Part shown: positions 1-12,844 of the stretch, piece by piece
How the letters are laid out: each line of letters begins with the position of its first letter
How positions within the stretch are numbered: the stretch's first letter is position 1
From: Octopus bimaculoides
Taxonomy: Eukaryota
Direction of reading: 5' to 3'
Length of the DNA: 64,000 nucleotides
Assembly (NCBI RefSeq): GCF_001194135.2
Contig: NC_068982.1
Span: forward strand, 113,932,283-113,996,282
The notes under the pieces: model-generated
What the model was told of the DNA's origin: nothing
The model's input: the letters and a program-made list of their open reading frames with translations, nothing else
The model's database searches: none
Translations under genes and position numbers: made by a program

Positions 1-36
1 TCTTCCTATTTCTTTGTTACTGATTAATAATGTTAG

Positions 37-184
37 TTTACATTATTTACATTCGACGGATATTTGTCCTCATCTTGTTTGTTGTTAACATGTTTCTGCT
101 GATATACCCACCAGCCTCCATCAGGTGTCTTGGGGAAATTTCTAACCTGGGTTCTCATTCCTAGGGTATTTTCCAATGTTATTA

Positions 185-246
<62 letters not shown>

Positions 247-354
247 CATCATCATCATCATCATCATCATCATTATTATTATTATTATTATTATTCAGGT
301 CACTTCCTGGAATCTTGTGGTTAGTAGCCCGCGCTCTTAACCACTATGCCACAT
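37..354 (-). mobile_element. tRNA-headed SINE with internal (AAT/GAT)n tract, degenerate hammerhead motif and PLE-like tail
   Basis: Minus strand begins TGTGGCATAGTGGTTAAGAGCGCGGGCTACTAACC (A-box TGGCATAGTGG at 351-341 plus anticodon-like arm; B-box region partly deleted). A microsatellite follows, then GACAC-CTGATGG-AGGCTG..CAGCA-GAAACATGTT. The tail (45-89) recurs at 34940-34985. Confidence 0.75.
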
Positions 355-1419
355 TAATGTTAGGTTCTGTCTTAGGAAACACTATTTCAAAACATAATGT
401 TCATTTACTTAAGTAATAATAGTACACCTAAATAATTACCAATATCTCTCTCATACCATACCATCTTAAAACACAAACGTATGCATGCACACACATGAAC
501 ACACACACTCACATGCAGAGGAAAATGTAGATGCAGATAAATAAGACAAGAGGTTTCATGGCTGTTGTGGTTTTGACTATAAGAGGTAACACTGAACAAC
601 TACAACATTAACAATATAGATACTCAAGCTGACCATCAATTTTACTAGTCTTAAAGATACTGAAAAGATCATGGCCACTGTTTTGCTTGAAGCAACAGGT
701 ATGGAATTTATCTTCCACTGTCATTCTACCACAAGACTTAGCTTTATAATTTTCTTTCTTTTCTTTTTTGGTTTCATTGTTTCCAAGAAATAAGAAATTT
801 AAATATAGAAGCTAATGCACAAAGGGAAAAAAATATATATTGGTACACATATGATAGCAGAGAAGGTGGATTGTAATGTAGAGATAAAACTGATATGATA
901 ATTCTTCCTTAGTATTCTTCATTTGTCAGCCACAGTTGTGACAGACTTGGTAGTATGTACCATGCTTTCACTAACTGTTTTAGATGCCCATGTAGTTGTG
1001 AGCAGACACATACAGTCTTTCAGCCCAGTAACTCATGACCCAGGAGCACATCCAGGATATGATAGTTGGAAGGAGACAGCAGCTACACCAGTATGGAACT
1101 GGTACTTTGTTTATCAGCCTCTGAAATGATGTTGGTCAATGTTTGCAGGAACTGAATTCAGAATGTAGTTGGCTGGGAACAAATAAGACAATGCATTCTA
1201 TCCGTGCTTTAACAGCTCTGCTTATTGACTTCCTTCTTCAGCAAAATGGAAAGATTCTCTTCAGAGTTTATGAGAGCCTTTATGCAGTGACTCAACTGGT
1301 GACAAATAGCAGCAAAAATCTCCCTCAAACCATACCCAAACATCTTCAGAAACATAAAAGATGTATAGGACAATGTAATGCTGCATATGCTGTTCTCAAG
1401 ACCAGCTAGAGAAGGATGT

Positions 1420-1676
1420 AAAGGTAAAAGTAAAGTTAGCTTCTCGAGTCGTGCTGACTCACAAGGGCCAGTTTTCTGGTTTCATGGCATATATATTTTG
1501 TGCCTAGACGGGACACCAATCCATCACAGGATTACTCATTTTGCCAGCTGAGTGGACTGGAGCAATGTGAAATGAAGTGTTTTGCTCAAAAACACATGTC
1601 ATCACTCAGTCCAGAAATCAAAGCCACAATCTTATAATAATGAATCCCTTACCCTAACCACTAAGCCACGCTCCTT
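1420..1676 (-). mobile_element. tRNA-derived SINE, CORE-like centre
   Basis: Minus strand starts GGAGCGTGGCTTAGTGGTTAGGG (A-box). The centre GAGCAAAACACTTCATTTCACATTGCTCCAGTCCACTCAGCTGG resembles CORE-type SINE domains. It ends in a TTTACTTTTACCTT-type tail. Confidence 0.65.
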
Positions 1677-3754
1677 AGAAGTGGATGGGTGGGTATATTA
1701 TGCTTGGACAGCATTTGATCTTAGGTCTGCTGACATTAGCCTAGACATAAGCATACATTAAAACCAACAATGGCTCAAACCTTCTGAACGAATGTCAGAA
1801 ATTGAATGCTTGATTTCAACTACACATGATTAATGTTTGACCACAATAAAAAAAAAAAAGTTGTAAAAAAAAATCTAAACTCTAAGTAGTAGAATGTACT
1901 GTGAACATCAATATGTCCTGTCAAAATTTAATCTATGTTTGTTGGTTTTGACAACGATGGAAAATATTCTCAAGCATGACTGAGTAGGTGGTTAGCGTAT
2001 GGTAAGGCCAATATGGCAATATTTCAAAATCAGAGTAGATAATAAGTGACATATGCACATGCATCAAAAATTATATTTGACAGTGGTAAGGCTACAATAC
2101 TCTGGGGCCAACTTATACTAGCAAATAATTCAAAAGAAATCAAATTAAAACTGCTAGGCATTGTTATCACAAAGATGGTAACCTTTATAGTTTCATATAC
2201 CACTTTTTATATTCTCATTGATATCTTGATTGCTTTATGACTAAAGTAAGTAGAAATTTACAAAGACTAAGAATTGAAATAATGGAAGTACTGGCAGTAT
2301 TGTTAATAGCTGGTGTTTTGGTTATAAATATGAATAATGACCAAACCATATCAAGGAGTACTCTGGTGTATTTAAGATATACAATGGAGTACTCCTCACT
2401 CCTGGAACAGTGTTGCTGCTACACATATATGCAAACATCCTGCATCACATCTAAAAGAAGACTACCGGATTGGCTGGCAAATACATCATTACCAAACTAT
2501 AGCCTCTGTGTCTCTTCTTTCATCTGTTCTATTGTTGCTACAATGACCCATGATCCTCTAAACTAAATAGTTGCATACCAACTCTTCCTAAGCTCCCTGA
2601 CACTTTTCTCACTTGTTGCCTCTATTGTGTCTCATCTTCAATGCCCTGCACCATCCCTTCTTTCTCAGAACATCAATCCTCTAATACACCCTCTTTGCTC
2701 ACATTTTCCCTGCAGTTATTGACTTTATAAATCTTCAAGCTAATCATCAATCTTACTAGTTTTAAAGAGCTGAAAAAGTCAAGGGCTCTGCCCATCCTCA
2801 TGTCAAACTAAGCCATTAAAGTAACATTAAAAATATGAGCACAGATATCTCATTGACTGTTTTAATTACCAACTACGAACTTTAGAAATTTGGTAGATAT
2901 TTGAGTATTTCCAGAGCCATATATTGTTATATTGAAACCATTGTAAGTAGATTTTCTCACATTGACCCTTTCCTATTTTAGGATGACCAGAGAAATGAAA
3001 GGCAAAGTTGACTTTGTTAAGGTTTAAACTGGAAGTATAAAAAAGCATTAGTTTGGCATTGTATTGTTCCTACATACACTTCAACCTTATTTTCTACATA
3101 TGGCTATGTAGACATAAGCATGGCTGTAGTTAAGAAAGTTTACTTTGTGCTCACATTGGTTCAGATATGATCATACTTTGTGACACTTTGAGTGTCTTCT
3201 TCTACAACATATATTTGGGAGTAAAATTTCAGAGACAAAAATTGTATGGAAGACCATCATATAATGTGGGGGTGTGTGTGTGTGTGTGTTTCTCAACATG
3301 TCTTTATATTAACAGCACTTGAGCAGCAGTGACATTTGTTATTGTCCTGTGTAAACAAAATGCCCAGGGTTACTGTCAGGAAGAGTACCCAGCCACAAGA
3401 TATTACCTCAAGAAGTCTCATTAAATTCATGCCAACACAGACGATGCAGGCATAGAAATGATGATGGTGGTGGCAGTGGCAATGATTAGCAGTAGTAGCA
3501 GCAATAGCAGCTGCACTGATAGTAGTAATGATTTTTGTTTTTCTTTTTGTTTCAACAAGCACAGTGTTCTCAGGCAAGAAATACAGTGACAAATTTGTTC
3601 AAAGTGTTTTACTAGTATTGATGGTAACCACTTTAGAGTCAAGGGTTTTTAACTTGGAACTGATGAGAATGAAAGTAAATATTGTAACACTTTAGTTCTA
3701 TCTTCTACTGTTGTTACCATGTCCTTTACCACAACAACAGCAATAATAATAAAA

Positions 3755-4394
3755 CTGATTTCTAATTTAGGCACAAAGACAGCAATTCTGAGGAGAGGGA
3801 TTACATTGACCCAAGTATTTGACTGTTACTTTATTAAACCAGAAAGTTAGAAAGACAATATTGAACTCAGAATATAAAGAACTACTATTAGAGTACCAGG
3901 AAAAATGTCTTGCTACATTTTTCTGATTATATTGCAAGAAACAAAATAATAATGATAACAACAATAATAATTCTTTCAAAATTTGGCACAAAGCCAGCAA
4001 TTTTGAGGAGAGAGGGTAAGCCAATTATATTGATCCCAGTACTTGACTAATTATTTATTTTACCAATCCCAAAACGATGAGAAGCGACTCAGTGGGATTT
4101 GAACTCAGAATGTAAAGAACTAAATGATATGCTGCTAAGCATTTTGTCCAAAGCACTAAGGATTCTGACAGTCCACTGCTCTAATAGTAATTATCCTATC
4201 AACAATAGGCACAAAAGCTGAAATCTTGGGGAAAGGGGATAGTTGATTATACCGACACCCACCCATTATATCAACCCCCGAAAGGATGAAAGGCAAAGCC
4301 AACTTTGGTGGAATTTGAACTCAGAACATAAAGGCAAGTGAAATACTACTAAGCCTTTTGTCTGGTGTACTAATGATTCTACCAGCTTACCAAC

Positions 4395-4433
<39 letters not shown>

Positions 4434-4515
4434 GTTTCAAATTTAGGCGTAAGGCCAACAATTTCAGTGGGCGGTGGGGTTAGTTGATTGCATTGACTCC
4501 AGTACTTGATCAGTC
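3755..4515 (-). mobile_element. Cluster of 3-4 tandem copies of the ~210-bp (ATT)n-associated SINE (family B)
   Basis: Repeated GGCACAAAG..GAACTCAGAA..TAAGCATTTTGTC blocks at about 3755, 3975, 4205 and 4432 (partial), separated by (AAT)n. Confidence 0.8.
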
Positions 4516-5783
4516 TCATCATCATCATCATCATCATCGTCATAGGTTATAGATGTAGGTGGATTAGTTAGAAATAACTATTTAGAATAACTAGTTTAGA
4601 ATAACTATTTCCTTAACAATATTGTACATGTAACACATTTAGTTATGGATAATTTCTTTTTTCTTTAGGCAGTGTGAGAATATATTGGTATTGAGCCAAT
4701 GTTCTCTATGAAACCTTGATATCTTAAGCAACAGGTCGAGCGACTCTCCATGTGATTCCAATCTCATGTTTCAACTATTTCCTCTTCTTTGCTAGTATTT
4801 TACTTAATCTTTGATATACTTTTTACTTTGTTAGTGTTGTGTTTGTGCTCTAAGTTGATTCAAAATATTTAATAGCTACAAAAATACTGGAGGTGAATAA
4901 ATCACCAATGTAGCTTCCATTTGCAAAAGATTTTCTTTTCTTTAATTTCAAATCAAATGTTTATTAGTGGATTTCTAGAATTAGTTGTGTTCGGTTGCAC
5001 TGGATTTGAGTCAAGGTCGGTGGATTCACAGAATTGCTAGAATGGCAGACAAAATGCTTTGCAGCATTTGTTCTGGCTCTTTACATTCATCATCATTATC
5101 ATTATTCAACATTCACTTTCCATGCTGGTATGGGTTAGATGGTTTGACAGGAGCTGGCTATGCAGAAGACTGCACCAGTGTCTTCAGTGTCTGTTTTGGT
5201 AGGGTTTCTACAGCTGGATGCCCTTGCCAACATAAAAGCATCCAGTCAACTCCTACAGAGTGGACTGGGTGCTTTTATGTGGCACCAGCATGGACAAGGT
5301 CAGTTTTGGCATGGTTTTCACAATTGGATGCCCTTTCAAATGCCAATAACTTTACAGTGTGAACTGGATATTCTGAGCTCAAATTCTAGTAAGGGTAAAT
5401 TTGCTTTTTATCAACAATAAAAGTAAAAGTCAACTACTTGGGTTGATTAGATTAACCATCCCCTCCTGCCAATTTACAGTCTTGTGCCTGTAATAGAAAT
5501 AATTATTTAGTTACTGATATTGTTATGATCTAGATCAGGCCTGGTCCCACAGTCTCTTAATTAGAAAGGATTCTGCTATGAATATTATGTTTTTTATTTC
5601 AAACATAGATAGGATTATATGCAGTATGGTTATTTTAAAAACCTTGGTTGATTTGAAACCAGATTTGGTTGCTATTTCTAGCATGTCAAGTGGCTGCATA
5701 GAATAGTGCTTCCCAATTTTTTTCACATTGTGGCCTGCTAGAGTTCAAGCAGCAAATTCTAGCACATTTCTTTTAAAAAGTTT

Positions 5784-6011
5784 TTAAACCTTTAGCATTT
5801 AATCCACCTATATCCAGCCCAAATATTCTACCTGTTTTATGTTGAAACTGACCAGATCCAACCTTTCATACCTAGCCTACGATGTCATTCTTAAAATATA
5901 CAAATACACTATTGAAATCTTGAAACTACAAAATAACATGTTGTTAATTCAAAACAATGTGAATAAATAAGAAATACTTTTGACAAAAAAATTTGAATGC
6001 TAAAGGGTTAA
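5784..6011. mobile_element. piggyBac-type MITE (~228 bp)
   Basis: TTAA-(A)CCTTTAGCATT ... AATGCTAAAGGG-TTAA termini. A second, oppositely oriented copy lies at 48753-48981. TTAA target sites and CCCT/AGGG ends are the piggyBac signature. Confidence 0.75.
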
Positions 6012-6094
6012 AAAACATTATGTATTAGAGTAGGAAACTTAGAAAAAATATGTAAACAATGACTATTCTTTTATCTTTTATCTTTTTTCTTTTA

Positions 6095-6302
6095 TTTTTT
6101 TCTTGTTTAAGTCATTAGACTACAGTCATGTTGGGGCAATATTTTGAAGAATTTTTAGTCGAATGAATTAACCACAGTACTTTTTTTTTAAAGTCTAGTA
6201 TTTATTCTATCAATCTCTTTTGCTGAACTGCTAAAATAGAGGGATGTAAACCCAGCAACACCAGTTGTCAAGTGGTGGTGGGGAACAAATACAGACACAA
6301 AG

Positions 6303-6389
<87 letters not shown>

Positions 6390-6950
6390 CATTTCTAATA
6401 TAAGGATAAAAAAATTTTTTTTTAATTTTATCAGTGGCCAGCATATAAAAAATACCTTTTAAGATGAAAATTATAAATACAATTATAAATAAGCGCAAAG
6501 AAAAAAATTTCTTTGCCAATATGCTGAAAAATAGACACTAAATTGTCTAACCACATAAAATAATTTCACCTGTTATATATATACATACATATATATTTGA
6601 CAGGCTTCTTTCAGTTTCCTTCTACTAATTCCATTCACAAGGTTTTGGTTGGCCTGAGGCTATAGTAAAAGACACAGATAAATAAGAGCAAAGAAAAAAA
6701 TTTCTTTGCCAATATGCTGAAAAATAGACACTAAATTGTCTAACCACATAAAAAAATTTCACCTATTATATATAGATACATATATATTTGACAGGCTTCT
6801 TTCAGTTTCCTTCTACTAATTCCATTCACAAGGTTTTGGTTGGCCCGAGGCTATAGTAAAAGACACTTGCCCAAGTGTCACACAGTAGAACTGAACCCGG
6901 AACCATGTTCTTGGGAAGCAAGCTTTTTTCAACAAAGTCACCCCAGCACC
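6095..6950 (-). mobile_element. tRNA-headed SINE with central (CA)n/(TA)n (family A), interrupted and partly duplicated
   Basis: Tail at 6095-6300, microsatellite at 6305-6390, head GACACTTGCCCAAG..CTGAACCCGGAACCATG at 6860-6950. Matches 18279-18620 and 62210-62540. Confidence 0.7.
6485..6866. repeat. 193-bp tandem duplication
   Basis: 6485-6677 is repeated at 6678-6866 with several substitutions (GCGC/GAGC, CCTGA/CCCGA). Confidence 0.9.
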
Positions 6951-7220
6951 TGTTGCTTATTTTATTTTATTAATCTTGCTTGTTTGTAGACAAACAAAAT
7001 TATGAATTTTCTAAAGCTCTAAGTCATATTTTCAAAACTCTAAATACCTCTTTTATACTATGATGCATTGTCTGAAGACCACAAATGTAGAAGTTCCCCC
7101 TTTATTATTTTAGTATGCACTTTTAGCTATCTTGAGTGCACCCAAAGAGTTTAATGAACAGTAGTCATGTAGCAGGCTGAATTAATCAATTATAACCTAC
7201 TCCTGTAAATAACTTTACAT

Positions 7221-7270
<50 letters not shown>

Positions 7271-7292
7271 ATAATAATAATANNNNNNNNNN

Positions 7293-7339
<47 letters not shown>

Positions 7340-7501
7340 TTGCTGCTACTGCTACAACTACTACTACTACTACTACAACTACTACTACTGCTACTACTAC
7401 TACTACTACTACTAATAATAATAATAATAATAATACTGCTGCTACTTCTACAACAACTACAACTACTACTACTGCTGCTGCTACTACTACTGCTGCTGCT
7501 G

Positions 7502-7538
<37 letters not shown>

Positions 7539-7953
7539 GTCATTAAAAATGGAGGATTAGTTGCGCTAAAGGGACTTGTGAAAGTAACAGCAAATCATGT
7601 GCCAGGCTCAGTTTAATTACCTATACTCCTCCCACTGAAATATCTGAACCTGTGCCTTTTTACGAAATGATTGTTATTGTTGTGTAGGGTGGTGGACGGT
7701 AGAATTGGTAAACTAGGTTAACTTTATGACTACATCATTCTGGAGTTGATTGAAATAAAAAGTACCAGTGTTATTTATTTATTTATTTATTTATGTGTTT
7801 CAGCCAAGTGGCTGCGGTCATGCTGGTGCACCTGAAGTTAATTTAATTGATTGCTCCCTTGTCCCAAAACATTCATGTTCTTGTATCTCTATTAGGAATT
7901 ATCATTGTTGCTGCTGTTATCATCATCATCATTATTATTATTATTATTATTAT

Positions 7954-8170
7954 TAAGGTGGTGAGCTGGCAGAATCGTTAGCATGTTGGACGAAATGCTT
8001 AGCAGTATTTTGCCCGTTGTTATGTTCTGAGTTCAAATTTTGCTGAGGTCGACTTTGCCTTTCATCCTTTCGGGGTCAATAAAATAAGTACCGGTTGAAC
8101 ACTGGGGATCAATGTAATCGACTTAATCCCCTCTCACAAACTGCCCTTGTGGCCAAATTTGAAATTATCA

Positions 8171-8212
<42 letters not shown>

Positions 8213-8393
8213 TGTTATGTGGAAGCTTCATCTCATGCACTGTTTATTACCCCTCCCTGTTATGTTACCTCATTATGTTACCTCATTATTATTATTATTA
8301 TTATTATTNNNNNNNNNNTGAACACTGGGGATCAATGTAATCGACTTAATCCCCTCTCACAAACTGCCCTTGTGGCCAAATTTGAAATTATCA

Positions 8394-8435
<42 letters not shown>

Positions 8436-8504
8436 TGTTATGTGGAAGCTTCATCTCATGCACTGTTTATTACCCCTCCCTGTTATGTTACCTCATTATG
8501 TTAC

Positions 8505-8548
<44 letters not shown>

Positions 8549-9035
8549 CCTCCTTAAGGTGGTGAGCTGGCAAAATCATTAGCACACTGGACAGAAATAC
8601 TTAGCAACATTTCATCCACTTTTACGTTCTGAGTTCAAATTCTGCCAAGGTCAACATTGCCTTTCATCCTTATGGGGTCAAAGAAATAATTACCAGTGGC
8701 ACATTGAGATCTATGTAATTGATTGACATCTTCCCCACAAATTTTTCAGGCCCTATGCCTATATTTGAAAAGATTATTATTATGATTGTTGTTATTATCA
8801 TTATTACTTTTATGATTAAGCTGGCAAATTGGTAGAGTCATTAGCATGTCGGGCAAAATGCTTAACAACATTTTTTCTGGCTCTTTATATTCCGAGTTCA
8901 GATTTCACCAAGGTTGATTTTACCTTTCATCCATTCAAGGTCAATAAAATAAGTACCAGTCAAGTACCGGAGTTGATGTAACAGACTTATACCCTCTCCC
9001 CCAAATTACTGGCCTCGTGCCAAAATTCATAGCCA
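7954..9035 (+). mobile_element. Three family-B SINE copies in (ATT)n tracts
   Basis: AAGGTGGTGAGCTGGCAGAATC..TTCTGAGTTCAAAT..GCCTTTCATCCTTT..AAGTACCAG at about 7954, 8554 and 8815. Confidence 0.85.
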
Positions 9036-9227
9036 TTATTATTGCTGTTGTTGTTGCTGTTTCTGATCTTCAAAATGGAAATGTGCATTTGAAAATAGGC
9101 AATTAGTTTATAGCTTATAAATTTATAGCATTATGAATATTTAAGTGGATAAATATGAGAAGAAAAATGGAGATGGTGGTGATGGTGGTGGAGGAATCCA
9201 TCTTTATGTCATATTAATAAATAGTTG

Positions 9228-9292
9228 ACTAGATATTAAAATAGAACTAGATATTTAAATAGAACTAGATATTTAAATAGAACTAGATATTA
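9228..9292. repeat. 18-bp minisatellite (AACTAGATATTTAAATAG) x ~3.5
   Basis: Direct tandem copies visible in the sequence. Confidence 0.9.
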
Positions 9293-9475
9293 GAATTAAA
9301 AATTTTATTTTGAATGCTAATACAGAATTTTCATAATGTTTATATATTAAAAATCATTTACTTTGCCTCAAGTTACATTTCAAAAGAATAATAATAATAC
9401 AAATACGAAGCAAAAGAAAAAATAAATAGTGAATTATTACCGAAATTATGTCCGGGTCCCATATATTTTATCTCC

Positions 9476-9593
9476 TTAACATCCTTCATTTTTGTTTTGT
9501 AATACTTCCTTTGATAATATTCTCACTGCTAATGTCAAGGGCTCACTGATACTTTGTGAAAAGGTTTCAAATTTATGCAGATGATGTAGAATG
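9476..9593 (-). CDS. Putative terminal coding exon of an unidentified gene (ILHHLHKFETFSQSISEPLTLAVRILSKEVLQNKNEGC*)
   Basis: Acceptor GTTTACAG at 9594-9601; open frame of 38 codons to TAA at 9476-9478; in phase with the 40-nt exon upstream; AATAAA about 170 nt downstream on minus; unique non-repeat sequence. Confidence 0.45.
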
Positions 9594-9833
9594 CTGTAAA
9601 CTTCAGCAATATACATTAGGAGATGTGATTAAGTGACTACACCATATCACCACATACACATAGCTGAAGTTATTTTTGTTTTAAAAAAAAATAAAAAAAT
9701 GTAGCTAGGAATCTTGCCTCCCTATAAGTAGGCAGTTACTGCTATATGTAGGGCTTCACATGCCTTCAGGATCCTTAACAGGGGATAGTATTTTCTTACA
9801 TGTTAAAACTGAAAAGCAGTGAGATCGACTTAC

Positions 9834-9873
9834 TGTGCCAAGCTAAAACATTCTTCTATGGACATCTTTGACG
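9834..9873 (-). CDS. Putative 40-nt coding exon (PSKMSIEECFSLAH)
   Basis: CATCTTCCAG acceptor and GTAAGT donor; only one frame is open; phase 1 to 2 fits both neighbouring exons. Confidence 0.5.
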
Positions 9874-10012
9874 CTGGAAGATGGTTTGTAATTGCAATTT
9901 TTTCTTTATATTTACAATTTATTTATTCGCTCATTAAATATTGGTCAGAGACTTAATTAAAAATATCTCTTGTTTTGTAAAGTAATACAGAATAAAACAG
10001 GAATTTACTTAC

Positions 10013-10033
10013 GTCTCCTTTCACTATCAGCTA
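10013..10033 (-). CDS. Putative 21-nt microexon (xADSERR)
   Basis: TGCATTTTTTTCTTTAG acceptor (NAGNAG: TAG/TAG) and GTAAGT donor; phase 1-1; in frame with 9834-9873. Confidence 0.5.
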
Positions 10034-10080
10034 CTAAAGAAAAAAATGCAATTCTTAAATATAGCTAGATTACTAACTTT

Positions 10081-10098
10081 CTCTTTCTCTCTCTCTGT

Positions 10099-10169
<71 letters not shown>

Positions 10170-10170
10170 C
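10081..10170. repeat. (CT)n/(GA)n microsatellite
   Basis: Direct observation. Confidence 0.95.
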
Positions 10171-10365
10171 CTCTCATTAAGCCCTATCTATCTTTCTATC
10201 TTTATTTCATTTTGTAAATAATTGTTTTATTATCCCTTTTCTACCATGATAGTTGAGTTATCTGCCAACTTTATCAGTTTTTTCACAAGTAGCAGAGATA
10301 TTTTTCACATTCCATACTTAGATTAAGTGACAGCTCCGAATATTTCCTCTACAATATCATCTTAC

Positions 10366-10467
10366 GAAACAGATGTGTCAGAATCTATTGTTATATCATT
10401 GATATCAAACCAGTGTGGATCACAATCTTTTTGACTGTATACACACTGGGGATCAATTAGGAAATCA
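10366..10467 (-). CDS. Possible 102-nt exon (DFLIDPQCVYSQKDCDPHWFDINDITIDSDTSV)
   Basis: GTCCCAG acceptor, GTAAGA donor and an open frame. It ends in phase 2, which does not fit the phase-1 microexon but does fit 9593 directly. Confidence 0.25.
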
Positions 10468-10876
10468 CTGGGACACATCACACGAAAATTCAAGAAAGAA
10501 AGAAAGAAAGAAAACTTTAGTTTTAATCTTAAAAATCCAAGGAAAGAAAACATTTAGAAAAAATACTATTGTTTATGACCTCATACATGTGTATAACAAA
10601 TTTATGACTAACATTTTTACAAGATGCCTAAGCATTGATATAATATATATTCTTTAAAGACTTACACTATAGTTTTGAAAATATTGCAGTGCACCTCAGT
10701 GGGTCATAAAAACATCATTTAAGAACCTTTGCATCAGACCATTACTTCATCTTCAATAATTATTATCAATTCTAATTACAACTGTTTTATGTTGTAAATG
10801 TTTTACTTCTTTTAAACTCCAGCAACATCCACTATAGTAATTCTATTGCAGTAGTTAAAATAATTTTGTTTTCTAT

Positions 10877-10910
<34 letters not shown>

Positions 10911-12844
10911 CTTGGTGGATGGATTGGTACGGTAGCTTGAGATGTTGTTGATTGTGAGAATGATGATAAAGATGCTAGCTCTATGATTTGATTAAACTTG
11001 CCTGATGATGAAAGAAAAGAATAGTATATCTCAAACACTACCGAGGTGATTTATGTATATGTTAAGTGTATGTGTGTATATATATATGTATTGTGTGTAT
11101 CATCATGTGTTAGTGTCCACTTTTTTATGTTTGCATGAGTCAGATGGAATTTGTTGAGGTAGATTTTCTATCAATGGACACCCTTTATGTTGCTAAACTG
11201 CACCTGTTCCCTCATAGCCAGACACTGCTTCTATGACAGTGGTCTCATTTGGAATTATAGCACAATGACAATAGAAGGAGATTCATAAGCAAGTGTGTTT
11301 ACATATATACACACACATAAAGCACTTCCTTCAGTCTCCCTCCACCAAATCCACCCACAGGACTTTGGTCAACCTAGAGGGATAGTAGAAGATACTAGCC
11401 ATACAGTAGGACTGAACTCGAAGCCACATGATTGAGGAGTGAACTTCTTAACCACACACCCATGCCTATGCATGTGTGTGTGTGTGTGTGTGTGTTAGAA
11501 AAGAATATTTTGTGTGTGTATTAACCATGAAATTTTTTTAACTAGTTTAAATGATACAAATATTTACTTCAACAAATATTAATTTCCAAGCATGAATTTG
11601 AAAATATTTAATATGGAAATGTTTATTTTTTTTTTTTTAATCTGAAAATATTATTTTGTTTCTTTCTCCTCTTCAATATTCTAAGCTCCCTAACATAAAT
11701 TTTACTTTTGTATACTGAATTAAAATAGCAAAACAAAACACAGCTTAATATATTAGTTTTCTTATTTAGTCTTGTTCCTTTTTATCCCTGCTACAAATAA
11801 TGAACAAATATTGAGAGAGTCAAATTTAATGTTAATACTGTACACCAATTGGGTAAAATGTTTTATGCAGATTGTTGTCAGAGAGCCATAAAACACATGT
11901 TTTAATCTGAACATATGTTTTTTATGATAATGCTATCCATCAATAGAGTTGAAAAAGACTTTTTAATAGTTAACAGATCTTTGAAGTCCACTGGGCTAGT
12001 ATTTATCTCTCATTTAAGTGATTTTAAGCTTATAAGAGAAGTGTTCTTCTGGATAGGGAGCCAGTATATCACAGATAAGTGATCCCACTAGAGGAATTGA
12101 ACTGAGTATAGCTTACACCAGGGAATTATACCACCTTATTGTACATGCTTAAAGAAAGTGAGGTACATTAAGTTATGTATAGTTCAATGTTGCTAACAAG
12201 ATATTTTTTTTTTTGTTTCTGCAATCTGAAGGTTTTGTACTTGATAGTTCCAGATAAATACCAATACTATTAAAATACAGATGCAAAGAACCTGAAACTG
12301 TTTGAGTACCACATTTGATTAAATAAACATTTCTAGAATAGGTACACGACCCAAGATTTGGTGGCAGAAGTAGAAGTTGGTCATTTAAATCAATACTGCA
12401 TTCAATTGATACTTTATTTTATCAACACCAGAAAGATGAAAGGCAAAGATGACCTTGACAAAATTTGAACTCAGAATACAATGGGATTAATAAGGATTTC
12501 TCACATTAGCACATGACCATTAATGAAAGTATTGTCTACTGAACAAACTGGGAGAAACATATTAATGACTCACATCTCATTTATTCTGAAAGAAATAATA
12601 AAGCAAAGTCTACACCAGGGTTTGAACCAGGTATATATAGAAATGTAACTAACTTCTGATCAAGTCATACACCACCTTTTGAGATAAGATTTCATAATGG
12701 AACCAATTAGATTCTCTATAGTGTTACAATAAAAAATTCCAGAACTTATTATACTTTGTATTTTCACATAACCGAATGACATTATCTTTTGGGAGGTAAA
12801 ATACAAAATAGTGAAAAGACTAGAGCATGCATACATATATAACA

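Noticed and set aside
300-354. Genuine tRNA gene
   Set aside because: The T-arm/B-box is deleted and the sequence runs into a SINE body; this and similar heads are tRNA-derived, not tRNAs.
870-1410. Possible Tc1/mariner C-terminal remnant (LLSPSNYHIL on minus)
   Set aside because: Similarity is too weak to support by eye.
3660-3690. CTGATGA..GAAA hammerhead-like hit
   Set aside because: Only 4 nt lie between the motifs, so there is no helix II, and there is no helix III.
4669-4735. Strong plus-strand acceptor
   Set aside because: Stops in all three frames, and the region resembles a decayed LINE 3' end.
8096-8531. Apparent 213-bp tandem duplication
   Set aside because: The copies appear identical and flank a 10-N gap (8309-8318), so this is most likely an unmerged contig overlap.
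10879-10910. 32-nt poly(T) as a retrocopy poly(A) tail
   Set aside because: No upstream AATAAA on minus and no target-site duplication found.
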